NCBI GenBank assembly: GCA_964640195.1
Contig: CAZXIC010000005.1
Location: forward strand, 4,996 to 68,995
Source of the DNA: an uncultured archaeon
GTDB lineage: Archaea; Iainarchaeota; Iainarchaeia; Iainarchaeales; GCA-2688035
DNA length: 64,000 bases
Reading direction: 5' to 3'
A program made the position numbers and the translations under genes. The number at the start of each line of letters is the position of its first letter. The stretch's first letter is position 1. Shown piece by piece: positions 17,941 to 28,817 of this stretch. The notes under the pieces were generated by a model, which did no database searches, had not been told where the DNA came from, and saw only the letters and a program-made list of their open reading frames with translations.

Positions 17941-18669
17941 TCATTTCTGTTCCCGCTTCTGCCCTGCTGCCTTGCCCTGCTTTTCCCGCTGGCTGCCTTG
18001 CCCTGTTTCCTGCTTTGGGACTTCCACCTCAGGCTGCCCTTCACTTTGTTTTCCCAGCCCAGGCTGCTGCTGTTCTCCCCCACGCTGTCCAGGCTGCTGC
18101 TTTTCCTGCCCTGTTTCCTGCTTCTGGGCTTGCGCATCAGGCTGCTGCACTTGCTTTTCTTCCTTCTCTGCTTCCCCCTTTTTTTCCTGCCCTTCCGCCA
18201 GAGCAGAATCATACTCTCCGGCATCAATTGCCTGCTGCACTTCCCTTGCCTTCTTTCCCTCAACTGTTATGCCCATGCTGTCGCAAACGCCAATTATTTC
18301 CTTTGCAGCGCTTTTCACTTTGTAAGACGCAAGGTTCTCAATCTTCATCCTGGCGATTTTAAGCACCTGCTCCATTGACATGTTTCCCTTTACCTCGGTC
18401 TTCGGGTTAGCAGCTGCCTTCTCTAAATTGAGTTCTTTCTTGATAAGCGCGCTGGTTGGCGGCGAGCCAACGCTTATCTCAAAGCCCTTGGTTGCAGAGT
18501 CAACAACTACTTTCACAGGCACCTTCATTCCAGCGTAGGGCTTTGTCTTTTCATTAATCTTGTTGACTACCTCGCCGATATTCACCCCAAGCGGTCCGAG
18601 AGCCGGGCCAAGTGGGGCGCCTGCGCTGGCTTTTCCAGCCTCAACCAAAACACTTATCTCAGGCATCAC
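17941..18669 (-). CDS. rpl11: Ribosomal protein uL11 with ~85-aa Q/E/K/G-rich C-terminal extension
   Basis: 'VEAGKASAGAPLGPALGPLGVNIGEVVNKINEKT' is the L11 signature. Residues ~160-242 are low complexity ('EGQEKKGEAEKEEKQVQQPDAQAQKQETGQEKQQPGQRGGEQQQPG...'). Confidence 0.92.
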   Translation of the reverse strand: MMPEISVLVEAGKASAGAPLGPALGPLGVNIGEVVNKINEKTKPYAGMKVPVKVVVDSATKGFEISVGSPPTSALIKKELNLEKAAANPKTEVKGNMSMEQVLKIARMKIENLASYKVKSAAKEIIGVCDSMGITVEGKKAREVQQAIDAGEYDSALAEGQEKKGEAEKEEKQVQQPDAQAQKQETGQEKQQPGQRGGEQQQPGLGKQSEGQPEVEVPKQETGQGSQREKQGKAAGQKREQK

Positions 18670-18672
18670 AGC

Positions 18673-19116
18673 TCACTCTTTGAGTATCCTGATGTGCTCT
18701 GCCTTGATTGTGACAGGGATTTTTACGGCTGCCTCAAGCAGTTCAACTGTTACCTCTTCCTTCGTGGGGTTAACCCTCAGGACCCTTGCCCTTTCCCCCT
18801 TGAAAGGCCCTGCAATCAGTTCAACGCTTGCCCCCACCTTGATGGACTGCATCAGGGGCTTTGACTCAAGCAGCCCGGAAAGCTCTTCAATCTTGACAGC
18901 CCCCTTGACAATGCCCTGGCCTTTCACATGCGGCGTGTTCGCTATGCTGTGCCTTACAGTCAATTCGTCCTGGGCCTCAATCAGCACATAGCCCTTCAAA
19001 CCAGGGATGACGGAGATTGAGTAAATCGGCAGGCTCTCGCTCCTGATTCTGTTGTTGAGTATGTCCACTACCAACGGCTCTTGGCCGACTGTTGTCCTCA
19101 CCGGAAATATCACCAT
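18673..19116 (-). CDS. spt5: Transcription elongation factor Spt5 (NusG)
   Basis: NGN domain 'MVIFPVRTTVGQE..' plus a KOW motif 'VELIAGPFKGERARVLRVNPTKEEVTVEL'. Sits in the conserved secE-spt5-L11 position. Start trimmed to ATG 19116. Confidence 0.9.
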   Translation of the reverse strand: MVIFPVRTTVGQEPLVVDILNNRIRSESLPIYSISVIPGLKGYVLIEAQDELTVRHSIANTPHVKGQGIVKGAVKIEELSGLLESKPLMQSIKVGASVELIAGPFKGERARVLRVNPTKEEVTVELLEAAVKIPVTIKAEHIRILKE

Positions 19117-19275
19117 TGCTGAACCACTTCCTCTGCAATTAACCATACAACAAAATAAAAAACAAAAAATTGGAGGGAAAATCAATTAGAAAAATTCCCT
19201 GATTTCCCTTAACCTAACTTGTGCCCTGTAAGTATTAAAAAGCTTTTCTAACAGCGGAAACCAGGAGCAGCGCGC

Positions 19276-19467
19276 TCAGCCGCCGATTTTGAGAAGGGCA
19301 AAAAGCAGCGAGACTATGTAGCCAAGCAGTGCGATTATCACTATGCCGATGCCTGTCACCTTCGCCATTGTCTTGAACTCAGCCCAAGTGGGCTTTTTGC
19401 TGATAATCAAAACGCGCCTGCTTGAGGAAAAAAAAGTGCGCAACTTCTCGCCAAGGTTCAGCTGCAT
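19276..19467 (-). CDS. secE: Preprotein translocase subunit SecE (Sec61 gamma)
   Basis: 63 aa with a single C-terminal TM helix, 'RRVLIISKKPTWAEFKTMAKVTGIGIVIIALLGYIV', in the conserved position upstream of spt5. Confidence 0.88.
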   Translation of the reverse strand: MQLNLGEKLRTFFSSSRRVLIISKKPTWAEFKTMAKVTGIGIVIIALLGYIVSLLFALLKIGG

Positions 19468-19540
19468 TTAAACCACTGCAAAAGCAATGCCTAAAAAGGC
19501 TTAAAGGATAATGAAAAAAAAGGTTTTAAAGGAAACCAGT

Positions 19541-20674
19541 TCAGCCAGTGAACTCGATTCCAAGCTCAATCGGTTCAGACAGGTCAACCTTGTCAAGGTC
19601 CTGCAGATACGGGAACTTTCCGCCGGCAATCACAATCATTGCCTGAATCTGGTTCTTCGGCATGTTCTCATCAATCATTGCGCCCCAGATTATGTGGGCG
19701 TTCTCGTGGATTTTCGCTGAAACCGTTTCAACAATCATCTCTGCCTCCCTCAGTGTCATGTCAGCGCCGCCGATTACATTGACCAATGCCCTGTTTGCGC
19801 CGCTTATGTCCACATCAAGCAAAGGAGATGTCAAAGCGTTCTCCACGGCTTCAAGTGCCCTGGCTTCCCCCTGCTCGCTGCTGTGGCTTTCTCCCAGGCC
19901 AATCATTGCAGCGCCGCCCCTGCTCAGGATTGTCTTCAGGTCGGCGTAATCCAGGTTAATCAACCCGGGCTTTGTAACCATTTCGGTTATGCCCTTTACC
20001 GCGTTTGTAAGCACTTCGTCCGCAACCTTGAACGCAGCGTTCACAGGCAAGTCAGGGGCAATCTCCAGGATTTTGTCGTTTGGAATCACGATGACAGTGT
20101 CGGTGTGCTTCCTGAGGCTGGCCAGCCCCTGCAAAGCATTCTCCATCCTCTTCCTGCCTTCAACCGTGAAGGGGATTGTTACAACACCTAGCGTAAGCGC
20201 TTTCATCTGCTTTCCCAGTTCCGCAATCATGGGCGCTGCGCCGGTGCCGGTGCCCCCGCCCATGCCACAGGTGATAAACAGCAAATCGCTGTCGTCAAGC
20301 GCCGTGCTCAATTCGTCCACGCTTTCCCTTGCGGCTGCTTCGCCAATCGAAGGGTCAGACCCCGAGCCAAGGCCTCTTGTCAGCTGCCTGCCGATAAGGA
20401 CCTTTTTGTCAGCCACAGTGTTCAGCAAATCCTGTGCGTCTGTGTTAATCGCAAAAGTCTCCGCGCCGGTTATCCCGACTTCGGTCATCCTCTCAACAGT
20501 GTTGCAGCCTCCGCCTCCTATGCCCACAACCCTGATTTTTGCCTTTGCAGTTTCAAGCAGCCTAATTAGCTCTTCGTTGTCCTGCGTCGGCTTAATCTTT
20601 CTCTTCCTGTTCTTGATGGGCAGCCTCTTTGCCCTCTTAACTGCTTTTTTAACAACGTCCTGCAACTGCCACAC
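19541..20674 (-). CDS. ftsZ: Cell division GTPase FtsZ
   Basis: 'IRVVGIGGGGCNTVERM' and the tubulin signature 'GMGGGTGTGAAPMIAELG'. Has a basic ~45-aa N-terminal extension. Confidence 0.95.
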   Translation of the reverse strand: MWQLQDVVKKAVKRAKRLPIKNRKRKIKPTQDNEELIRLLETAKAKIRVVGIGGGGCNTVERMTEVGITGAETFAINTDAQDLLNTVADKKVLIGRQLTRGLGSGSDPSIGEAAARESVDELSTALDDSDLLFITCGMGGGTGTGAAPMIAELGKQMKALTLGVVTIPFTVEGRKRMENALQGLASLRKHTDTVIVIPNDKILEIAPDLPVNAAFKVADEVLTNAVKGITEMVTKPGLINLDYADLKTILSRGGAAMIGLGESHSSEQGEARALEAVENALTSPLLDVDISGANRALVNVIGGADMTLREAEMIVETVSAKIHENAHIIWGAMIDENMPKNQIQAMIVIAGGKFPYLQDLDKVDLSEPIELGIEFTG

Positions 20675-20791
20675 CCCCGGATTAACCTTTTATATGACTT
20701 AATAAATAATCCTATTGAAAAGGAATTTAAAGGTTGGTGTTGCACTTTCTCGGTTATGTAGCGTTTAAGCGAATTATGTAGAGGCGCTAAA

Positions 20792-21763
20792 ATGGGCGGG
20801 AAAATAATCCAGGAAACTGCAAGAAAAATAAAGAGCCTTGAGGCACAGGGCAGCGCGGCAGTGAGAAAGGCGGTTGTCCAGGCGCTGCGCAAGAGTGCTG
20901 CGCAGTCTAAAGCAAAAACAGCGGTTGCGTTCAGGAGGGAAATGCAGCGCAATGCAGTAACGCTGCTGAAGGCAAGGCCCACAGAGCCTGAGGCAAGGAC
21001 TGCTGTGCGGATAATCCTTAAGGCCGCTTCGCTTGACACTCCGAACTTGCAGCAGTTGCGCGATAACGTTCTTGCAGCAGTAAGAAGGTATGAAAAGGAC
21101 AGAAAAGAGGCAATGCAGCGAATTGCACTGTACGGAAGCAGGATTGTCAAGCCAGGCAGCACCATCCTGACGCACTGCCACAGCCACACTGTTGAGGAGG
21201 TCTTGAAAAAAGCAAGGAGGAAAATCAAGATGGTTTACTGCACTGAGGCAAGGCCCCTGTTCCAGGGCAGGATTATGGCAGAAAACCTTGCAAAGGCAGG
21301 GGTTCCGGCAACGCTGATAGTTGACGGCGCTGCCGACTACTTCATGCATGATGTTGATTTGCTGTTCACGGGCTGCGACGCTGTGTTGAGCGACGGGAGC
21401 ATAGTGAACAAGGTCGGAACGAACCAGATTGCCATGAGCGCAAAAAAGCACCACAACCCGTACTATGTCTTCACATCAAGCCACTGCTTCGACCCGGTTA
21501 CTTGTTATGGCTTTGCTGAGCCGATTGAGGAAAGGGACTGGCGCGAGGTATGGGGACAGAAGCCGAAAAAGGTCCAAATCAGAAACCCTGCGTTTGATTT
21601 GGTTGACTCCTTTTACATCCATGCAATCGTAACAGAGCTTGGGGTGTTTCCCCCGAAAGCGCTGGCGCTTGAAATTTACGAACAGCTCGGGATGTGGCAG
21701 AGGCAGCAGCCTTTCCTCGGCCTGCTGGACTCGCTGAAGGAAAAGAAACAAGGGACAGCATAA
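20792..21763 (+). CDS. eIF-2B alpha/beta/delta-family protein, most likely ribose-1,5-bisphosphate isomerase
   Basis: 323 aa. The N-terminal 'ETARKIKSLEAQGSAAVRKA', 'ILTHCHSHTV' and 'LLFTGCDAVLSDGSIVNKVGT' resemble the Thermococcus R15P-isomerase type of the family. Subfamily assignment is by eye only. Confidence 0.7.
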   Translation: MGGKIIQETARKIKSLEAQGSAAVRKAVVQALRKSAAQSKAKTAVAFRREMQRNAVTLLKARPTEPEARTAVRIILKAASLDTPNLQQLRDNVLAAVRRYEKDRKEAMQRIALYGSRIVKPGSTILTHCHSHTVEEVLKKARRKIKMVYCTEARPLFQGRIMAENLAKAGVPATLIVDGAADYFMHDVDLLFTGCDAVLSDGSIVNKVGTNQIAMSAKKHHNPYYVFTSSHCFDPVTCYGFAEPIEERDWREVWGQKPKKVQIRNPAFDLVDSFYIHAIVTELGVFPPKALALEIYEQLGMWQRQQPFLGLLDSLKEKKQGTA

Positions 21764-21764
21764 T

Positions 21765-22430
21765 CTATTTTATTCCGAATTTTTTCTTTAATTCTTTCAG
21801 GGCTTGCACCGGTTCCTGTTTTCCAAAGACAGCGCTTCCCATCACAAGGACGTCTGCTCCAGCGTCAATGATGCGCTGCCCTGTTTCCGCATTGACCCCG
21901 CAGTCAACCTCTATGAGGCAATCAGCCCCTTCGCTGTCGATTTTTTCCCGCAGCAGCCTTATTTTTTCAAGGTTTTTTTCCTCAAAGCGCTGCGCGCCGA
22001 AGCCGGCGTCAGTTCCCATTACCAATGCAAGGTCAATTTCGCTGAGGAAGGGGAATACAACAGCAGGGTCAATGCTGTTGTTTACCGCAAGCCCTGCTTT
22101 GCAGCCGAGCGATTTAATCCTCTTTATCAGGGCAAGCGGCTGCCGCTCTGTTTCAGGGTGGAAGCAGATGAGGTCGCTGCCTGCCTTTGCAAAGCGTTCA
22201 ACATACCTGCTAGGCGCCTGAATCATGAGGTGGGTGTCCAGAAACAGCTTTGAGTGCCTTCTGGCTGACTCAACCACGATAAAGCCGAACGTAATGTTCG
22301 GGACGTAATCGCCGTCCATGACATCAAGGTGCAGCCAGCGCACTTCCTTTTCAATCAAAGGCAGCTGCTCCCCAAGGAAAAGGATGTCCGAGGAAAGGAT
22401 TGAAGGCACAATAACTGGCATATCGCTCAA
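21765..22430 (-). CDS. rpe: Ribulose-phosphate 3-epimerase
   Basis: 'VPSILSSD', 'LHLDVMDGDYVPNITFG' and 'DTHLM' are Rpe hallmarks. 221 aa. Confidence 0.9.
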   Translation of the reverse strand: MSDMPVIVPSILSSDILFLGEQLPLIEKEVRWLHLDVMDGDYVPNITFGFIVVESARRHSKLFLDTHLMIQAPSRYVERFAKAGSDLICFHPETERQPLALIKRIKSLGCKAGLAVNNSIDPAVVFPFLSEIDLALVMGTDAGFGAQRFEEKNLEKIRLLREKIDSEGADCLIEVDCGVNAETGQRIIDAGADVLVMGSAVFGKQEPVQALKELKKKFGIK

Positions 22431-22531
22431 GAATTTAAAAAGTCAGATGTTTTTATTAAGGTTTGGCAGTTAACGAAAAAAACAAAAAGTTTAAATGCCT
22501 TTCCTATATAAGAGTTATATAGTGGTTATAT

Positions 22532-22759
22532 ATGCAAGGCGTGACCACAATCCAGGTCAAAAAAGAAACCCTCAAGGCGCTCAAGAAAGCCAAGGAATAC
22601 TCAAGGCAGAGTTATGATGAACTAATTATGAGAATGTCAAAGACCTTCGGCAAAGGGCAAAGGCCCACGCAATACGACCGGTTTCTGCACAAGGTGCAGC
22701 AGGCAAAAATGCGTGAACTGTGGGACAACAAGTATGACGAGGCGTGGGAACATGCATAA
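22532..22759 (+). CDS. Putative antitoxin (small ribbon-helix-helix-like protein)
   Basis: 75 aa. Its stop overlaps the ATG of a PemK/MazF-like gene by 8 nt. The N-terminal 'TTIQVKKETLKALKKAKE' is RHH-like. Confidence 0.55.
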   Translation: MQGVTTIQVKKETLKALKKAKEYSRQSYDELIMRMSKTFGKGQRPTQYDRFLHKVQQAKMRELWDNKYDEAWEHA

Positions 22760-23066
22760 GCCCGGAGACGTGATTCTTACCACCATCCAGTTCACTGACA
22801 CGCTTGAAACAAAAACAAGACCAGGGCTTGTGCTATTTGAAGAGTTTGGAAACATTGTCGTGGCAGGTATTACGAGCAACCCGGCAATGCAGGGCATACC
22901 ACTGACAAAAGAGGAAGGCTCGGTTAAGGACAGCGTGATAAAACTGAACTACATCTTCACCGTAAGCAGCATGCTTGTGAAGAAAAAGCTGTTCGAATTG
23001 ACAAGACAAAAAAAGCAGCTTGTTCACAAACAGCTCAGCAGAAGGCTCGGCGGTCTTGTGCAGTAA
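22752..23066 (+). CDS. PemK/MazF-family toxin (endoribonuclease fold)
   Basis: 'MHKPGDVILTTIQFTDTLETKTRPGLVLFEEFGNIVVAGITSN' matches the PemK pattern G-D-[IV]..........K.RP.[LV]V......[IV].....TS. Confidence 0.7.
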   Translation: MHKPGDVILTTIQFTDTLETKTRPGLVLFEEFGNIVVAGITSNPAMQGIPLTKEEGSVKDSVIKLNYIFTVSSMLVKKKLFELTRQKKQLVHKQLSRRLGGLVQ

Positions 23067-23145
23067 AAATCCCCTTTAAAAACAATTCGTAACTGCAACC
23101 ACTAATTTTAAATACATTATTCAATCCAATTATTGACGGGTTTGA

Positions 23146-24530
<1,385 letters not shown>

Positions 24531-24542
24531 TTCACCAAATAG

Positions 24543-25463
24543 GTGCTAGAAGTGCTTGAAACCAGTTTTGCAGGCGTAAAATTAAGCAACCCAACTGTTT
24601 TGGCATCCGGCATCCTGGGAACAAGCGCTGGGCTGCTCCTGCGCGTCTTTGAAGAGGGCGGGGCAGGCGCTGTGACAACCAAGAGCATCGGCCCATGCGA
24701 AAAGGACGGCTACGCAAACCCCACTGTTGTTGAATGGGAGCACGGGCTGATTAACGCTGTTGGCTTGCCATCGCCAGGCTACAAGAATTTGGGGAAGGAA
24801 TTGTCCGAACTGCAGGAATGCGGCATCCCGGTGGTTGCGTCAATCTACGCGCACAGCGTTGAAGAATACGCTGAAATAGCGCATGGCATCGCACCTTTCA
24901 AGCCCGCGATTATTGAACTGAACATGAGCTGCCCGCACAGCAGGGGCGAGGGGCAGGCATTCGGGCTTGACGAAGGAATTGCATCAGAGGTTGTAAAAGC
25001 CGTGAAAAAGGCTGCAGGCGGCATTCCCATAATGCCGAAGCTCACAGCCCAGGCATTGGACATTGCGGCAATAGCAAGCGCATGCGAGAAGGCAGGTGCT
25101 GACGCAGTCTGCGCAATCAACTCCCTTGGGCCAGGAATGCTGATTAACGCTGAGGCAAGGAAGCCTGTCCTTGCGAACAAATTCGGCGGTCTGAGCGGCC
25201 CTGCGATAAAGCCCGTAGCACTTCGCTGTGTTTACCAGATATACGAAAGGGTCAGGATTCCGATTCTTGGCCTGGGCGGAATCAGTTCCGGCAGGGACGC
25301 AATAGAGTTCGTGCAGGCAGGAGCGACCGCTGTCGGGATCGGCTCTGCTGTTCATTATCATGGAATCGGCGTCTTCAAAAAAGTCTGCGGTGAAATGCAG
25401 CAGTGGATGCAAAAGAACAAAGTAAAGAGCCTTGAAGAGATACGGGGCGCGGCGCATGGCTAA
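24543..25463 (+). CDS. pyrD: Dihydroorotate dehydrogenase, class 1B catalytic subunit
   Basis: 'ELNMSCPH' (catalytic Cys), 'GGLSGPAIKP' and 'GLGGISSGRDAIEF'. 306 aa. Confidence 0.93.
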   Translation: MLEVLETSFAGVKLSNPTVLASGILGTSAGLLLRVFEEGGAGAVTTKSIGPCEKDGYANPTVVEWEHGLINAVGLPSPGYKNLGKELSELQECGIPVVASIYAHSVEEYAEIAHGIAPFKPAIIELNMSCPHSRGEGQAFGLDEGIASEVVKAVKKAAGGIPIMPKLTAQALDIAAIASACEKAGADAVCAINSLGPGMLINAEARKPVLANKFGGLSGPAIKPVALRCVYQIYERVRIPILGLGGISSGRDAIEFVQAGATAVGIGSAVHYHGIGVFKKVCGEMQQWMQKNKVKSLEEIRGAAHG

Positions 25464-26109
25464 AATTGGGGTTAAAAAGTCTCCACTAATAAAAAAATTC
25501 AGAAGCAGGACTGTGCTGGCACGCTCTGTCGGGGAAATGATTAGGGAAATGAAACTGGATTCCCTGGCTGATAGCATTATAGCGGATTACGGCTTGGCTG
25601 CGTCGCAGGGCGGGAGGCAAATCCTGAAGCTTGCGCTGCAGAGGGCTTTTCTGAAGGGCTTATGGGGATATGGAAAACGGGGTGAAATCGCAGGGCCGAA
25701 CGAAAGGGCTGTACTCGGTCTTATTGGAAACGCTGAAACAATCAGGGGGGGCATTTGGGCTGGCTTCAGCAGGCCAATCAAGGTTGCGGACGCTGCAAAG
25801 CTATACAGTGCTGTTTTGAAAATAGCGCAAAAAGCGAAGATTGCATTCGGGGGGCGCCACAAGAAATACCTGCAATTGTTGGAAGCAATTGAGAAAAAGG
25901 CAAAAGAAAATGCTGCCGGCATAAAAACAGAAATGGTCAAAAGCTCAGGAGGGCATATAGTTGCAATAAACGAGAAAGAACTGCTGTGGATTGCACAGCA
26001 AGGCGAAAGCGTGATTAAAATGCTCTCGGAGAAACTGCCCGCTGATTCAAGAACAGGCCTGGCGTTAGTTGAAAAAATTGTTAAGGCAAAGCTGGGTGGA
26101 AAAAGATGA
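25456..26109 (+). CDS. Hypothetical protein (217 aa, basic, helical) inserted between pyrD and pyrK
   Basis: The ATG at 25456 overlaps the pyrD stop by 8 nt, and its stop overlaps the pyrK ATG (ATGA). No motif recognised. Confidence 0.6.
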   Translation: MAKIGVKKSPLIKKFRSRTVLARSVGEMIREMKLDSLADSIIADYGLAASQGGRQILKLALQRAFLKGLWGYGKRGEIAGPNERAVLGLIGNAETIRGGIWAGFSRPIKVADAAKLYSAVLKIAQKAKIAFGGRHKKYLQLLEAIEKKAKENAAGIKTEMVKSSGGHIVAINEKELLWIAQQGESVIKMLSEKLPADSRTGLALVEKIVKAKLGGKR

Positions 26110-26918
26110 CTGAAAGTCCAACAGTTGTTAGAATCAAAAAAATAGTCCAGGAAACCCCGAGCATCAAGACATTCTATTTAGATTATCCTATGCGCGCAGA
26201 GCCTGGGCAGTTTGCAATGGTTTGGCTGCCGGGCATTGACGAAAAGCCGTTCACGCTGACAGCACAGGGAAAAGAATGCGCGGTAACAGTGCAGCAAAAA
26301 GGGAAGTTCACAAAAAAACTTTTTGCGCTCAGGGAAGGAAACACGCTCGGCATACGCGGACCTTATGGAAAGGGCTTTGATGTAAAGGGCATACGAAAAG
26401 CCTGCATCGTTGCAGGCGGGTGCGGCGCTGCGCCAGTTGTCATGCTTGCGGAGCAGATGAACTTGAAAGGCGTTAAGGCAGCGGTTGTTCTGGGCGCAAA
26501 AACAGGAAAGGAATGCCTCTTCACCAAGCGCCTTGGAAAAACAACAAAGAACTTATACATAACTACGGATGATGGCACCCTGGGTGAGAAGGGATTCACA
26601 ACAGACACCTTGGAAAGGCTGCTGCCGAAAGAAAAATTTGACTGCGTTTTCGGATGCGGACCTGAAGCTATGCTCAAGCGTGTTTTTGAGCTGTGCGAAA
26701 AGCACAAAGCAAAATGCCAGCTGAACCTTGAGAGGTACATGAGGTGCGGCTTTGGCACCTGCGGCAGCTGCGCAATCGGCAAGTTCCTGGTGTGCAAGGA
26801 CGGCCCTGTTTTCAGGAGCGAGCAGCTGAGGTTAATGCCCGGCTTCGGAAAAACTGCGATGCTCAAATGCGGTAGGGAGGCTTCAATTAAGGAATTTGCT
26901 GGATGGGGGCAGCCCTAA
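26106..26918 (+). CDS. pyrK: Dihydroorotate dehydrogenase electron-transfer subunit (FAD/2Fe-2S)
   Basis: FNR-like fold ('FAMVWLPGIDEKPFT') and a C-terminal cluster 'CGFGTCGSCAIGKFLVCKDGP'. Confidence 0.9.
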   Translation: MTESPTVVRIKKIVQETPSIKTFYLDYPMRAEPGQFAMVWLPGIDEKPFTLTAQGKECAVTVQQKGKFTKKLFALREGNTLGIRGPYGKGFDVKGIRKACIVAGGCGAAPVVMLAEQMNLKGVKAAVVLGAKTGKECLFTKRLGKTTKNLYITTDDGTLGEKGFTTDTLERLLPKEKFDCVFGCGPEAMLKRVFELCEKHKAKCQLNLERYMRCGFGTCGSCAIGKFLVCKDGPVFRSEQLRLMPGFGKTAMLKCGREASIKEFAGWGQP

Positions 26919-28222
26919 TGGATATTGCGCTGGAAAATGCCCTTGTTTTCCTGGGCGGAAAAGTGCAGCCGAAAAGCGTGCTGTTGCAGGATGGCAAGAT
27001 TGCCGCTATTGAGGGCAGCGTTGACGCAGTAAATAGGATTGACTGCAGGGGCTTGGTGCTGCTGCCCGGGCTGGTTGACGCACATGTCCACTTCAGGATT
27101 CCAGGTGCAGCGCAAAAGGAAGACTGGTCAACCGGGAGCAGGGCTGCTGCTGCAGGCGGCGTAACCACTGTTTTTGACATGCCGAACAACAATCCAAGCT
27201 GCACAACTCAGAGGGAGCTGGACTTAAAGAGGAAGGTTGCAGAATCGGACAGTGTGTGCAATTTCGCTTTCCACTTTGGTGCGAGCAACGACAACATGCA
27301 GCAACTTGAAACAGTTAAAGGGACAGGCTCTTTCAAGGTTTTTATGGGAAGCAGCACAGGCACGCTGCTTATAACCGATGAAAAAATTCTGCGCAGGGTT
27401 TTTTCAATCGCAAAAAAACGCAACTTTGTTGTTCTGGTCCACGCAGAGGACGAGGGCACGATAAGGAAGAATAGCGAAGCCGCAAAGAAAAAGGGCTGGA
27501 ACCATGCGCGTTATCATTCAAAAATCAGGACATGCGAGGTAGAGGCAAAAGCAATTGAAAGGGCACTGAAGCTGCAGGCTGAGGTTGGGAACAGGCTGCA
27601 CATCTGCCACGTAAGCAGCGCGCAGGGGCTTGAGCTAATCAGGGAAGCCAAGCAAGGCAGTGCTGGAATTTCATGCGAGGTCACTCCCCATCATTTGTTC
27701 CTCTCCCAAGAGGCAACGGAAGAGCTGGGCAATTTCGCGAAAATGAACCCTAGCCTGAAAACAAGCAGTGATGTTAAAGCGCTCTGGAAAGGAATCAGCA
27801 ATGGCACGGTTGACATTATTGCTACAGACCATGCGCCGCACACGAAAGAGGAAAAGGAAAAGCAATACTGGGAGGCACCGAGCGGTGTTCCCGGCATTGA
27901 AACAATGCTGCCCCTGCTGCTTGATGCTGTTAACAGGGAGAGGATTGAACTGCAAAAAATAGTGGAATTGTGCTGCTCAAGCCCTGCAAAGATTTTTGGC
28001 CTGCCATGCAGCGGGGAAATAAAAATCGGCAACAGTGCCGACCTTGCGCTGGTTGACCTTGAAAGCGAGCAAACAATAAAAAATGGTCGGCTTTTTACTA
28101 AATGCAACTGGAGCCCTTTCGCCACTTGGAAACTGCGGGGCTGCGTTGAAAGAACCTTTGTTTTGGGGGGAGAGGTTTTTAGCAATGAATCCGAAGGAAG
28201 GGCTGTGCAACCAGCTGTTTGA
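26918..28222 (+). CDS. pyrC: Dihydroorotase
   Basis: '[10 protein letters not shown]' metal-binding motif and 'ATDHAPH'. Start either at ATG 26918 (TAATG overlap with pyrK) or at ATG 26903. Confidence 0.92.
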   Translation: MDIALENALVFLGGKVQPKSVLLQDGKIAAIEGSVDAVNRIDCRGLVLLPGLVDAHVHFRIPGAAQKEDWSTGSRAAAAGGVTTVFDMPNNNPSCTTQRELDLKRKVAESDSVCNFAFHFGASNDNMQQLETVKGTGSFKVFMGSSTGTLLITDEKILRRVFSIAKKRNFVVLVHAEDEGTIRKNSEAAKKKGWNHARYHSKIRTCEVEAKAIERALKLQAEVGNRLHICHVSSAQGLELIREAKQGSAGISCEVTPHHLFLSQEATEELGNFAKMNPSLKTSSDVKALWKGISNGTVDIIATDHAPHTKEEKEKQYWEAPSGVPGIETMLPLLLDAVNRERIELQKIVELCCSSPAKIFGLPCSGEIKIGNSADLALVDLESEQTIKNGRLFTKCNWSPFATWKLRGCVERTFVLGGEVFSNESEGRAVQPAV

Positions 28223-28817
28223 GATTGGCGCGGTAAAATTCGGCTGCTTCACCTTGAAGAGCGGGCTGCTCAGTCCAATTTACATTGATTTGAGGGTGCT
28301 GGTCTCGCATCCAAGCGTTCTGAGGAAGGTTGCGTCAGAGCTGATTAAAGTCACAAAGCCCCTGCGCTTTGACAGGATTGCAGGAATTCCCTATGCCGCG
28401 ATTTCAATCGCAACCGCTGTTTCGCTGCAGGCAGACTATCCAATGGTTTACCCTAGGAAGGAGCAGAAAGGATATGGAACAAAGAGAGCAATCGAGGGGG
28501 AATTCAAGCAGGGCGAAACTGTTCTGGTTTACGATGACCTTATCACGACAGGCGCAAGCAAGTTTGAAGCCATCGCCCCCTTGGAGGAAGCTGGCTTGAA
28601 AATAAAAGACATTGTGGTTTTGGTTGACAGGCAGCAGGGCGGAAAGCAGGACCTGGAAGCAAAGGGCTATGCCCTACACTCGGTTTTTACGATAGGCTGG
28701 ATCCTGGAAACCCTGCTCAGGGGCAAAAAAATTTCCCAGCAGCAGTTTGATTCAATCAAGGAATACTTCGCAAGCCCTGAGCAGTGGAGCAAGAAGCACG
28801 AGAGTGAGGGGCAATGA
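28185..28817 (+). CDS. pyrE: Orotate phosphoribosyltransferase
   Basis: '[27 protein letters not shown]' and the PRPP motif '[13 protein letters not shown]'. Start ATG 28185 overlaps the end of pyrC by 38 nt. Confidence 0.92.
   Translation: MNPKEGLCNQLFEIGAVKFGCFTLKSGLLSPIYIDLRVLVSHPSVLRKVASELIKVTKPLRFDRIAGIPYAAISIATAVSLQADYPMVYPRKEQKGYGTKRAIEGEFKQGETVLVYDDLITTGASKFEAIAPLEEAGLKIKDIVVLVDRQQGGKQDLEAKGYALHSVFTIGWILETLLRGKKISQQQFDSIKEYFASPEQWSKKHESEGQ

Noticed and set aside
20566-21454. Minus-strand ORFs of 220 and 226 aa.
   Set aside because: They are antisense to the well-supported e2b2-family gene (and partly to the ftsZ upstream region), and no motifs were found.
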